From the NCBI GenBank assembly GCA_051362555.1, contig CM120643.1:7936001-8000000 (forward strand): DNA of 64,000 nucleotides, in the 5' to 3' direction. The translations under genes and the position numbers were made by a program. Positions 1-12,240 of this stretch are shown in pieces (the stretch's first letter is position 1; every line of letters begins with the position of its first letter). This DNA comes from Lingula anatina. Lineage: Eukaryota; Animalia; Brachiopoda. Below the pieces are notes generated by a model. The model did not search any database, was not told the origin of the DNA, and worked only from the letters and a program-made list of their open reading frames with translations.

Positions 1-1794
1 CTTTCTCCTTGCAAAATCAAAGCAACCAAAAAAACTGGACAACTCCACATAAATATTAATAGCAAAAATGTATTATCACTTTATCTTTATTGTCATCATC
101 TGTGAAACAAGATATGAAATGAAAGTTTCTTCAAAGTGCATTGTGGATCAGTGTATATTGTGGATAAGTGTTCCAGTGTACGCGGACAAGGTCGTTCAAT
201 GACGGCCTGGGGCAGGTTAGTAAACTTCAAGTTGATATCATGTCAACAAGATGCAAGGACACTGTCAATCACAATTAGGGGGAAGGCATGCGTGGTTTCC
301 CTTTAAAAACTATTATAGCCTAACATTGATTCTTCCCTCCGAAGTAAATGTGTGATTTTTTTCTTTTTAAACAAAAAAAGTTAAGGTATGAAAACGCTGA
401 ATGTATTTCAAACGTAGGTGTATATACAATACAAATAATGAAATCTGTGTCTCACTCTCACACGACACCCCCGCGTCCAAACTGACAGGATGGTGGCGAC
501 AGCAACGCCCCCCAGTCGACAATCTAAGATTGGAAGTCTATGAGCGATAGACTAATTAATGCCAAATTCCCGCATGACAACGATTTATAGACTCCCGGGA
601 ATTATTTTCCCTCAACGCTCTTTGTCGCGCTGGCGGTCAATGCAGCATTTATTTCAAAACAAGTTGACCGCAAATTAAGCACGATTTTGCACCTTCAAGT
701 TCCGTGTCACGTTTTCATATCATGCATCTTTTATTTCTACAAGTATTCTCTGCCCAAAATGCGTAAAAAAGAGAGTTATCTTACCAGGTTGTTTAGAAAA
801 CTTCTTTTTCCTCCGACTACACGTCTTCTCTCCTGTTCACCTCCAGGTTAAAATGACCACTCAGCTTCGCTTCTAACACCACTACACGTCACTTCCGGGC
901 ACAATCAGTCTTCTCCGATTCCCTTTATTAACTAACGTAGGAACTGCAAGTCTTCAAAATGGTTGAATACATGTAAGTTTAAATCAGTGAAAAGGGATCC
1001 AAAAAATATTTTTTCATTTTAATACTTATCATTCATCAGCTTTTGCATTTTCCATCTATTTTATCTCAGCTGCTTATGATAAGTGTCTAAATCATCAATT
1101 AAAAAATTCTCGTAAAATATAAATAGTTTAAGTCATGAATAATCCTTAGATATACACCCAATGCATATTTTCAAAGATGCCAGTGTGTTATTGTGATGTT
1201 ATACAAGTTGTTATTATTTTAACAAAAGTTAAAAGAAAATGATAAAAAACACCAGACTAAGCTATGGGTCCCGTGGCAATCTTCCTTCTACAATTTAAGT
1301 GTAAATTACTAGTAACTATGAAAACAGGAACTCACAAACAATATTACAATCACCATTTACCGAATCTGTATTAATTATTACTTTCAATCTTAAAACATTT
1401 AAGTCAACCATGAAACAATCTATAAGAGAATTGAATTGTGTTAATGGTATGGCAACTCCTGAGAACATCTTCAGTTATAATATAATGGCAGTGTTCCAAA
1501 ACCACGATACATATTAAATACAGGCTTGCTTAAATCTTAAACGGAAAGGAAGTATTATCAAGTGTTGCACCTGCTCAGCAAAGCTGCAAATTTTATTTTG
1601 CAGCATCACAATTTCACTAGCACAAATCAGTAATAATTGTTAGTATATTTGTAACATATTTAATATTCGTCATTTGCCTCTAATCTTCGCTAAACATTAT
1701 TAAAATATTACCACACATATTTATGATAAATGTATGCATATTTGTAATAACTAAATTTTGTCATTTGCTACGGGAATGGGGGGGGGTCTTAAAA

Positions 1795-2370
1795 ATAAAA
1801 ATTTTGGGCCGCAATTCCCACAGCAAATATGAAGGAGTACCAGTAGATAAGGCCGGTGCCATGAAACTGAGGGTCCGTGTGACAGAAAGTCCGTCCTCCA
1901 TATAGTTAGGGTTAGTTTGACCTAAGTAGGTCAAAATCTAGGGCGAGGCTCACTTGTACAAATGAATGGGAAGCGGACTCTCTGTCATGGGGGACTTTCT
2001 GGTACATGTCACCGGTGATGGCACAGAAATGGGAAAATTCTTGGTTTTGTCTAGTTTTGCTTGCATTATACATTTATATAAAATCTGATTCTCAAAATAA
2101 ATGCAATCGGCAAGTATTATGCTACAGGGATGGGAGTGAGGTGTTCTTAAGAATAAAAAAATTGGGCCTTAATTTTCCTCAGCAAATATAAAATAGTGCC
2201 AGTAGATAAGGACAATAATGGCACTAGGATGGAAAAAATCTTGGTTTTGTCTAGTTTTGCTTGCTATATGCATTTATATAAAAAATTGGGCCTCAATTCC
2301 CACAGCAAAAAAAATAGTGCCAGTAGATAAGGATAACAATGGCACAGGAATGGGAAAAAACTAGTTTTTT
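1795..2370. repeat. Degenerate ~120-bp tandem repeat, about 3 units
   Basis: aaaattgggcc...cagcaaa...ccagtagataagg...atggcac...ggaaaa recurs near 1798, 2158 and 2282. Confidence 0.6.
1853..2015. mobile_element. MITE with ~42-bp imperfect TIRs and internal GTTAGGGTTAG
   Basis: Left end ccggtgccatgaaactgagggtccgtgtgacagaaagtccg matches the reverse complement of the right end cggactctctgtcatgggggactttctggtacatgtcaccgg. It interrupts one unit of the surrounding degenerate repeat; sister units lack it. Confidence 0.6.
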
Positions 2371-2887
2371 CTCGCTTTACTTGTGTTATAGTCAAGAACA
2401 TATACATTTATACACAATGTACCCCTTCGTTAACATTAAGAGGTGTTGGGTTCTTAAATCTACAGTGGGATTTATTTAAGTAAGATAGTTACTTCTCTAA
2501 TTTGACTCAGGAAAGTCTAGGTAACGGCTCGAGTTATTCCTGGGGCTCCGTAACTTAAAAGCATCGCGTATTGCGAACGGCGATATCACATGGAATCGAG
2601 ACGCTTGCGCTCGGTCGCAATGCGCGCTGCTTTCGAGTTACGGGGCCCGGGAGAGCAAAGCAACGCAGCACCACAGCTTTGTATCCAAAAACCAAAATTC
2701 AACTCATTACCTGGACATCGGCTAGTTTTATGGAAGAAATTGGAGTGACAGAAATAGTGACGAGATTGTAAAAGTTTAAGCGAGAGGCGAAAGAGGATAA
2801 TTTCTACGAGCATACATGCGAGTCCATTTAAATTTATTTGCAAGTCTCGCTTTTTTTAGCGATCTGTACACGACCACTTTTTTTTTA

Positions 2888-2932
<45 letters not shown>
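2888..2932 (+). repeat. Poly(A) tract (~44 nt) preceded by a T run
   Basis: Direct reading. Confidence 0.9.
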
Positions 2933-2934
<2 letters not shown>

Positions 2935-5900
2935 AAATTATAGAATATTTTTTATTCAACTATTATGTACAATTTTGAATATTTACAGTTGATTTAAAAA
3001 GGACTAATAATCAGTAATGAAGTACGTAAACGCAATGAATTAATACATAGCAGTATTATCAAAAGTTCTAAGATTTTCCATCGTCTTCATCTAGCGTCGG
3101 AACGCACACAGTCCGATAATGCAGGTCTTGTGGTCGGAAACTGGTACCAGATGCTCTCGGGCCGTGGGGAAAAACCCGTCTAAAACCTTCGTGGGGAATG
3201 CCGGGAAAGTGCCCACGCCCGGATAATTCGGTCCTTATAACATGACGAAATCGGTTTCTATTGGCACGGCGCTGCGTACAGTTCAAGAATCGTCCCGTTT
3301 AAGACAGCATTGTGTGACGGAATAACCTTTGTCTTGACTAACTATTCTCTATATATACTATACACGAGGTGAAGCCTAAAAACTTATTAAAGTAAATCTT
3401 ACAGAAAAAGGCACTGAAGCCAATAAAAAACTAACAAGAGACAACAATTAAACAGAATCATTTTGACTATCTTGGAGAATTAAAACCATAAATAAAGTTA
3501 ATCATTTTACAACTGCAAGCATCTTTCAAAACTTTATTATAGTTCTCTTTATGATAAAATGCAAACAGATTCAAGTAATATAATTATAAATCGGGAATAT
3601 CAATGATTTCAACTAAACTTTGATATATAATTCGACTTAAAATACCAGGTTTCTAAAATGTAACTTTGCACTGAAATCGCAACTACCTGCATGATACAAG
3701 TACAGAATAAAGCAAGCTTGCTTCAAAATATTTCGGATCTCACATTACACTGTATGACCGCCCATGTAAATTTCAATCTGAATTTTTTTTTGATCCGGAG
3801 AAAAGGTGCATATGTGATGAAGTGGATGTATTTGTCAAGTATAACACTTGAGAAAATCTGAATATTAGTAATGTGATCTCTATCTTGAGAGATGACAGCA
3901 TCTCTCAAGAAGAGCAGACTGTACAAAAAATATAATGAAATATTTTCTCACACGTAAAATATTTCATTACAGATTTTGCACAATCTATCAATGAAAAATC
4001 TCTTCATGTAAAAGCGTTTACATGAAGTCAGATTTTACAAAGATGTGAGGGTTTGTTAGTAAGGTTAGTGTGCAGGTTAAGACCTTTTCAAATGCCATAC
4101 TGACAAACAACTCTACATCATCAAAAGCACAAATTTGAAAAATGACCATCTCAGATTGAAACAAAACACAGACGACCACAAGTGGTGGGAATGTTTTTGT
4201 GAGCAAAAAACTATCTGCATTCAGAATGTGGATAAAGCAACTCTATATTCAAATTTATTAATATAATAATTATAGCAACTGTAGTTGTAGACTTTTCCTA
4301 CAGAAGCACACATCTTATTCAATTGATCTTGTATGGAATGAAGAATTATCTTGAACCTCAGTTTTCTCTTCTGTTATTGAAATAAAATGGTTCACTGCAT
4401 AAGGCATAAAATACAAATGAAATTTGATGCAATTTCACCTTGACATGTTTGTAATCCATGAACCCCAAATATTCTCAGCATCCAAAAGACATACATTATT
4501 AGACTGTATTCCCACTACATTCAGTATTGTATATTGCCTTCATTACCATTCCACATTCTTTATATTTGTTTGCAGAACAAGCCGTGTCCTTCAACACCAA
4601 AACTCGTGGGATGTCCGAGCATCCATGAAAGTGTCCACAGGGCTCCTTGCTAACGCTGTACAGTGTTCAACATCTTGGACATTTGGTCTTGGGTCGACGT
4701 TATCTGACATCATGCAGGCGTAATTATTGGAAAACTCCCAATTCGTAGCCTACAAATGAAATCCAACTTTTACTCAAAAGTATGAAAAGCTATATCGAAA
4801 GCTTGCAGTACCTGCAACAAAGAAAGTATATCACTGGTATTTACACACCGTTAACATTAATGAAAAGTTTGGTTCTTAAAATGATCAGAGCGTTATTTCC
4901 AAATGTACAGTGAAATATGCTTCCTTTATTGAAATATATATATTAATCTTATAGAGTAAGTACGGTAATTCTCCAATCTATACGAACGATTTAAATTAAT
5001 TATTTTTGGAAGATAATCATTTTGTTCGTAAGACTTGAAATTCAGTCTGCTAAAAATTGCCACGCGTTCGTATCCATTGAAAAACGAATGGAATACGTCT
5101 GTACCGGAAGTTATCTCCACTTACCTACATTGCTAAGTGTAAGCATTACTTTCAGATTAAATCACTGTGATCAGCTTTTAGCACAAACAAATTATTCTTG
5201 CTATATTGCAATGAATTAAAACAAACTAAACAAAAGTCGGGAATTCAAGTTAAGAAACAATTTCTTCATACTAAAGAGGTACATTTCTCCCAAGACAAGA
5301 CAACATCGTTTTTCCCTGTTATGTTTTACCAAGACAGGACAACATCGTTTTTCCCAACTTCTGTCAAAAACAGACAAGAATATTTGCGTATCCAGTTGCA
5401 TATTTTATTTAATGCGTGTTTACTTTTAATATGATTTCACATATAGAAAATTTGCAATATTAATAATGTCACCCCCCCCCCCTCGGCCTACATAAATTTC
5501 TTCCGCCAAAACAAAATACTTGAAACTCCTCACAGTAGATATCACTGACGTTAATAGAGATTATACTTGATATAAAAAATAACATCAGCTCAATTCACGT
5601 CTATTTATGAAAGTCTTTTACAGCATATTAATTTGCACGCAATCAATGTAAACTTAATTAGAAAAAATACAGAAAACTGCAGGCAAATTTGTATAAAGTC
5701 ATACGGCACCTTTTTTTTTCACAATCACCAATATCAGTAAGGTTTACCTAATAGTTGTTCATGATACAAGGTCTTTAACAAGGAAAAACAAACAAACAAA
5801 CAAAAAAAAAAGCATGAACTTTATCACAACTCAAATTAGAAAAATAAATACAATACAAGACAGAACTCCTCTTAAAAATTTTAATTTCCTAATGACTACC

Positions 5901-7420
5901 AAAAACAAAGAAAAACTCGATCATTGACTATGGATTTCTCATACTCTTCTGTTGTGCGTAGATTTTACTGGAAACCAGTTATCGGTGAAACACCGATGGT
6001 GGATGTTGATGATCCAGTGGGCCGGCAGAAGTTAAGAAATGATAATAAACAGTAAGTAATTTATGTGTACTGATGCTTTCAATAATTTCTAAATAACAAT
6101 AGGGTTTTAAAACTGGCCTGCAGCTGCCGGCGGGCAGGTTAAGTCCTTCTATCGTCTCATTCAAAAACAGCACAAATACATGATAACAATCTCTCCTGTC
6201 AAGTGGCAGTTCCTTTGTTTGGAACGGTGGTCTGAAAACTCGCTTTGACGAATCATGGGGCGAGTTTCAATTGGGCACACTTTCTTGCGTTCGGAAAATT
6301 TAAATTGTGCCCAAGGTGAGTTTAGCGATCGTTCGTACAGAACGGAGACAAAAAATTCAGATTCAGAGAAAAAATGTTTCGTTCGTAATTATTGCGGCGT
6401 TCGTATAGATTGGAGAATTACCGTAGACAGCAGTCTTCAAAAAATAAATTATTTCAAACATTTGACAAAGAAGTAAGAAAAGATGTTGCTATATTGAATA
6501 TTGTAATGTTAGCCTACATGTTAAATTGTTGACTGTCTGTGCTACTTCTAATTCTACTGTTTGTTTACATAGGATATAGTTTTTGATCACTGTCAATAAT
6601 AAGAAACGCCATAATACACCACTAATAATTCTTAAAAAATTCAGAACCACTTTTCTTAAGTTGTTGATCCCCAATAACTTACAAAGTTATCTGTATAAAG
6701 ATCCCTCAATCCTGAAGAAGTGTTTCATCTGGAGGTTTGGTAGTTGCAATCTTCATTTTTAGAATCCACCACTTTTGGTAGCCTGCAAATTTAAATTATT
6801 ACTTCAAAATGTAATAAAAGTCAACCATTTGTATATGAAATGTGTTTTTAAAGTTTGAGCAGTTTGATGGGAAATAAATATCAAAAGCACTTTTGTCACA
6901 AACTTGGAAAAAACATTCAAGCGAAATATTTTGACATGCCACTGGCGACCTTCAGACTTAATGTCACAATGGGGTATTGCACAAATTAGTTTTAACGAAG
7001 GAAAAGGAACACTAACAGCATTCAAACGACTCTACTCAAAGACAAGTTTAAGTAAAGCCTGAACAATCTAGATCCAGCGGGAGGAGTGTACTAGTATTCC
7101 ATCAAGTGTTTAATTTGTGAAGGATTTATATGGAAGAGACAAAGAGAAAGTTGAACGTTAGAGTTAAAGAACACGGGAAGGAATAAGAAAGGGTACCCGA
7201 AGAGGGAAAAATATACTACAGCCCAAGGTAGCCTTCTGCTACAACGAACCATCACAAAAAAAACATTGATTGGGAGAGTGCCAAGATTCTACAAAAAGAA
7301 AGTGACTGGAGAACAAGAGGCGTAAAGGGAGGCATATAAACCAGGAAAATGCCTAACAATCTGAACAATATAGAGAGATGGAAATAATTACTCACTTCTA
7401 CGGTGGCCTTTTATTACCAC

Positions 7421-7767
7421 AACCACAGCACTGGAGGTGGGGGTGGTAGCTGCTAGTATACAATTTCTGGACCAGTGACAACGTCCCGGAGTCACATTGG
7501 TGGCGGTGGGTGTTGGGGGCGGTAGCTCCAAGTAATCTGGACCAGTGACCACGCCTCGGAGTCACATTGTTGGTGGTGGGTGGTGGGGGCGGTAGCTCCA
7601 AGTAATCTGGACCAGTAACCACGCCCTGGAGTCACATTGGTGGTGGTGGGTGGTGGGGGCGGTAGCTCCAAGTAATCTGGACCACTGACCACGCCTCGGA
7701 GTCACATTGTTGGTGGTGGGTGGTGGGGGCGGTAGCTCCAAGTAATCTGGACCACTGACCACGTCCT
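7421..7767. repeat. 70-bp GC-rich tandem repeat, about 5 copies, within one predicted exon
   Basis: gtcacattg occurs at 7491, 7561, 7631 and 7701. Confidence 0.9.
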
Positions 7768-9099
7768 GCAGAATATTGAGACTGTTGAGGATCTGAAAGT
7801 TGACGAATGGCATGTCAAAATATTTTGTATGAATGATAAGGTTTTTCCACATCTGAGACAAATTAAAAGAGCTTTTTACCTGTGAAAAATGAGCACTGAA
7901 TTTGCTAGAGTATTTTGTAAATGGAAAACAAATGCCTGCACCGAGTGACAGGTCCCAAACATTCTTAAAACAATTGTCTAAGACCTTGCACAAAATGCTC
8001 AGTTTGTTGGAGTTGCACTGATAAAAGATTTGTATTATCTATACAATGAATGACAATCTAGTTCATTTACCCTTATCCTGTCCCACAACTTACCTTGAAT
8101 GCTCTCTAATCACAACTATTGAAGGGCTCTTGAAACACTATGATATAGCTGACATGGCTTTCTCCATTTTAGCCTTGTTAACCTTGTTAAAATGGACCGT
8201 CATCAGGACAGGCGCTCGCCAATGCTATCTGCCTCAACTACAAAATAAAAAAATTATAAGTCAAAAGTTTCCCTCTTTACTTCTCCCACCCAAATCCAAT
8301 CTACTAACCATAAATATCTTAATCCTAGGAGTGGGTCATGGGTAAAAGACATTGCCTTCTGAATTTGAGCTGTCAAATTAATGTGGCTAACGGTTTTTAG
8401 TTTTTCAAGGTATGAAAAGTCACTTAAGTGTTTTGTTTTCCCCAAAAAACATGAGTGATATGTACCTTTTAAGGGTTTCCATCTCTGTGAAACGCCATAT
8501 GCTTCTGACGCTCCCCCATGCAGCCCCCTAACATACAGACCATGGCAGGACTCAACCATGCACCAAGGATTGAATGTGACCCTCTTCTTGCAACTCTTCA
8601 AAAAAGCGGGACTTTATCAGGAATTGCCCTAATTGAGTTCTGTAAATAGAAAGGAAAATTTGATTAGTTTTCAAAAATTGTATATCAAAAGCAGTCTGCA
8701 GCCAGAAAAATTGTTGGAATCGGTAGATTTCCAGAATGTGTCAATTTGGTGACATGGCTGTTAGATTTTTTTATAAGTATGAAAAAGAGCTTTTGATTTA
8801 TTTTAAATGTAACTGTTACATCATGATTCGAGAAAAATGTCAAGGTCTTGTTAATACAAATATTAATGCAATCCAGTCTAGTCCTATTGAACTTTGTATT
8901 TGGACCAGTGAATCAAGATTCAGACATCTATATCTAGTTTTTAGGAAAGAAGGTGGACAGAATGGCCAGTAGGGTGAAAAGTTTATGGCATAGACTGCTG
9001 CTGAAAAATTAATTTTAGTGTATTGTTCTCGCCAGTAACACGGGTTACCTTGCAGGTTTTTCCGCCTCAGTGAAACACCATATGCTTCAGACGCTTCTC

Positions 9100-9930
9100 C
9101 AATGCAGCCTCCTCAACAGACCGTGGCAGGACTCACTGGCACCAAGGATTGAGGGATGTATCGGAAGTGTGCACGTGGCCCTCTTCTCCTTGCAGTTGCC
9201 ATGAAACGTTGGACAAGACTCGCTGGACGCTTCCTAGTGCAGCCACCTCGTAGACAGACCATGGCAGGACTCGCTGGACGCTTCCCCAGTGCAGCCACCT
9301 CGTAGACGGACCATGGCAGGACTCGCTGGACGCTTCCCCAGTGCAGCCACCTCGCAGATAGACCATGGCAGGACTCGCTGGACGCTACCCAAGTGCAGCC
9401 ACCTCGCAGATAGACCATGGCACGACTCGCCGGACGCTTCCTTAATGCAGCCACCTCGTAGACAGGCCATGACAGGACTCGCTGGACGCTTCCCCAGTGC
9501 AGCCACATCAAAGAGACAGACCATGGCAGGACTCGCTGGCACCAAGGAATGGTCAAAGTGGCTTAAGTGTAGATGTGGGACGTCTCCTTGCAGTTGTGTT
9601 CTGTCAACAGAAAGAAAAATGAATTAATGACTTTTCATACTATGTCAGCACTCTGCAGTCAGGCTTACCTTTAAGTGGTTTCCATCTCATTGAAACACCA
9701 CATGACAAGACTCGCTGGACGCTTCCCCAGTGCAGCCACCTCGTAGACAGACCATGGCAAGACTCGCTGGACGCTTCCCCGGTGCAGCCACCTCGTAGAC
9801 AGACCATGGCAGGACTCGCTGGACGCTTCCCCGGTGCAGCCACCTCGTAGACAGACCATGACAGGACTCGCTGGACGCTTCCCCGGTGCAGCCACCTCGT
9901 AGACAGACCACGGCAGGACTCGCTGGCTCC
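9100..9930. repeat. 52-bp tandem repeat in two homologous blocks (~9215-9540 and ~9706-9927), with degenerate copies near 9100 and 8500-8555
   Basis: Unit tgcagccacctcgtagacagaccatggcaggactcgctggacgcttccccag; for example at 9731, 9783, 9835 and 9887. Confidence 0.9.
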
Positions 9931-9984
9931 AAGGGATGGTCGAAGTAGCTTAAGTGTAGATGTGGGGTGTCTCCTTGCAGTTGT

Positions 9985-11290
9985 GTCCTGTAGACAGAAA
10001 TAAAAACGAGATTAGATTTCTTTCATTTCTCAAACCCCCCCTTCCAAAAAGAAAAAAGATTACATACCTTAAGGAGTGTAGTCGAAGTCCCACAGGTGGC
10101 GCCCATCATCTTCTATGTCCTGTAAACAGAAATAAAAACGAGATTAGATTTCTTTCATTTCTCAAACTCCCCTTCCAAAAAGAAAAAAGATTACATACCT
10201 TAAGGAGTGTAGTCGAAGTCCCACAGGTGGCGCCCATCATCTTCCATGTCCTGTAAACAGAAATAAAAACGAGATTAGATTTCTTTCATTTCTCAAACTT
10301 CCTTTCCAAAAAGAAAAAAAGATTACATACCTTAAGGAGTGTAGTCGAAGTCCCACAGGTGGCGCCCATCATCTTCTATGTCCTGTAAACAGAAATAAAA
10401 ACGAGATTAGATTTCTTTCATTTCTCAAACCCCCCTTCCAAAAAGAAAAAAAGATTACATACCTTAAGGAGTGTAGTCGAAGTCCCACAGGTGGCGCCCA
10501 TCATCTTCTTATGTCCTGTAAACAGAAATAAAAACGAGATTAGATTTCTTTCATTTCTCAAACTTCCCTTCCAAAAAGAAAAAAATTACATACCTTAAGG
10601 AGTGTAGTCGAAGTCCCACAGGTGGCGCCCATCATCTTCTATGTCCTGTAAACAGAAATAAAAACGAGATTAGATTTCTTTCACTTCTCAAACCCCCCTT
10701 CCAAAAAGAAAAAAGATTACATACCTTAAGAAGTGTAGTCGAAGTCCCACAGGTGGCGCCCATCATCTTCTATGTCCTGTAAACAAAAAAATAAAAACGA
10801 GATTAGATTTCTTTCATTTCTCAAACCCCCCTTCCAAAAAGAAAAAAGATTACATACCTTAAGGAGTGTAGTCGAAGTCCCACAGGTGGCGCCCATCATC
10901 TTCTATGTCCTGTAAACAGAAATAAAAACGAGATTAGATTTCTTTCATTTCTCAAACCCCCCTTCCAAAAAGAAAAAAGATTACATACCTTAAGGAGTGT
11001 AGTCGAAGTCCCACAGGTGGCGCCCATCATCTTCTATGTCCTGTAAACAGAAATAAAAACGAGATTAGATTTCTTTCATTTCTCAAACTCCCCTTCCAAA
11101 AAGAAAAAAAATTACATACCTTAAGGAGTGTAGTCGAAGTCCCACAGGTGGCGCCCATCATCTTCCATGTCCTGTAAACAGAAATAAAAACGAGATTAGA
11201 TTTCTTTCATTTCTCAAACTTCCCTTCCAAAAAGAAAAAAAGATTACATACCTTAAAGAGTGTAGTCGAAGTCCCACAGGTGGCGCCCAC
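9985..11290 (-). repeat. 131-133-bp tandem array, 10 copies; each unit is a 52-nt exon-like segment plus a ~79-nt intron-like segment
   Basis: gtcgaagtcc occurs at 10081, 10212, 10344, 10476, 10607, 10738, 10871, 11002, 11133 and 11265. The minus strand reads TTAAG|GTATGT...CTAAT...TTTTTATTTCTGTTTACAG|GACAT. Confidence 0.9.
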
Positions 11291-11669
11291 CAGTTTGCAG
11301 TCTGCTTCCTGGACCTGTAATAAAAAGAAACCTGGAAAGCATGGGAATATGCAATGACACTACGACTCCAGCCCACGACAGCAAAAAGGTGAAGTATCCT
11401 GCGAAGATGACCGAGCGACGATTCCTCGTGGGGAGAAGCGAAGATTTTAGCTGGCCAGCTAAGAGAAACGCCGAATCCACCGTCTAGACGTCTGCGTGTG
11501 CAGGGAACAATATGTCGAAGAACGATGCGTTGACGTAGGATGAGTAGAAGATTCGGAGAAATGGGAGTCGACTCCCGTGTCCTTTGTGCTTGATACAGGG
11601 CGCAGTACATGGCATCCTTCCTGTTGCTCTAGATCTGTCCGCTGTTGAGTGAACGCACTTTTAAAATTT

Positions 11670-11730
11670 TGCGCTTTTATACCTTTGTTGACGTATAGTC
11701 ACATGATGGCGTTCTTGTTGTCACCAATGG
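11670..11730 (-). promoter_or_regulatory. Putative Pol II core promoter (TATA box, CCAAT-like element upstream)
   Basis: Minus strand reads GGTATAAAAG, then TTCACTC (Inr-like) ~28 nt downstream. ccaat lies at ~11724. Confidence 0.45.
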
Positions 11731-12240
11731 TCAACTTGTTCAAAGGGGATGGCCTTTGATAGTGATGCGCAAAGTTGGTAATAATATCTTATCAACATAT
11801 ACATTTTCTTTTATATTTTATATTTTGATTATTCTGCCTGTCAGTTTGTTTATAATAAGAGTAATAAGTTCTAAGCAATGTCTGTGAAATGTGCAGGCAA
11901 ATTTGATGAAAATTTCTGAGCAACATACCTTCTCCCTAAAATTTTTATAGGTACGATGTCCGTTAAGCTGGTAGCTGTGAACTTCTCGCAGGCTACTTTA
12001 GTGTGCGTGTATTTGAACACTGATCCAAAATGTGGATAATGTAATTTGGCGTAGGGTGACTGCATTTTTGAGGCAGCCTGAGGGAGTATGGTTGTTCTGA
12101 TTGTAGTGAATTGTAGAGAGACAATTGGAAGTACACTGGACTTAGCATGTTCAATCACCCAAGTACTCTGAAACACATTTTGTAATCAGCTGACTTGTTA
12201 TTCTGAAAAATGAAAAAACAAATTATATTGATTTACAAAA

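Larger units (their letters stand above)
4560..11655 (-). ncRNA. Candidate multi-exon repeat-rich long non-coding RNA gene
   Basis: Minus-strand TATAAAA at ~11675-11681. A colinear series of AG acceptors with pyrimidine tracts and GT donors defines exons ~11251-11650, nine 52-nt exons in 10068-11171, ~9669-9987, ~9049-9600, ~8466-8639, ~8093-8237, ~7396-7766, ~6680-6782 and possibly ~4560-4749. Several exons contain stops in all frames. Confidence 0.5.

Noticed and set aside
7398-7993. Polyproline protein ORFs (PDYLELPPPPP)
   Set aside because: The 70-bp period shifts frame each unit and stops occur; the ORFs are by-products of the repeat.
9215-9930. Ribozyme in the 52-bp repeat (acctcgt resembles HDV L3)
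   Set aside because: No P3/P1 pairing could be built, and there is no hammerhead CUGANGA/GAAA core.
9985-11290. CRISPR-like array
   Set aside because: Units are identical along their full length with no unique spacers, there are no cas genes, and the context is eukaryotic.
11158-11610. 150-aa protein after the TATA box
   Set aside because: No recognisable domain, it runs into the repeat intron, and an earlier ATG gives only 43 aa. It is not excluded as a micropeptide.
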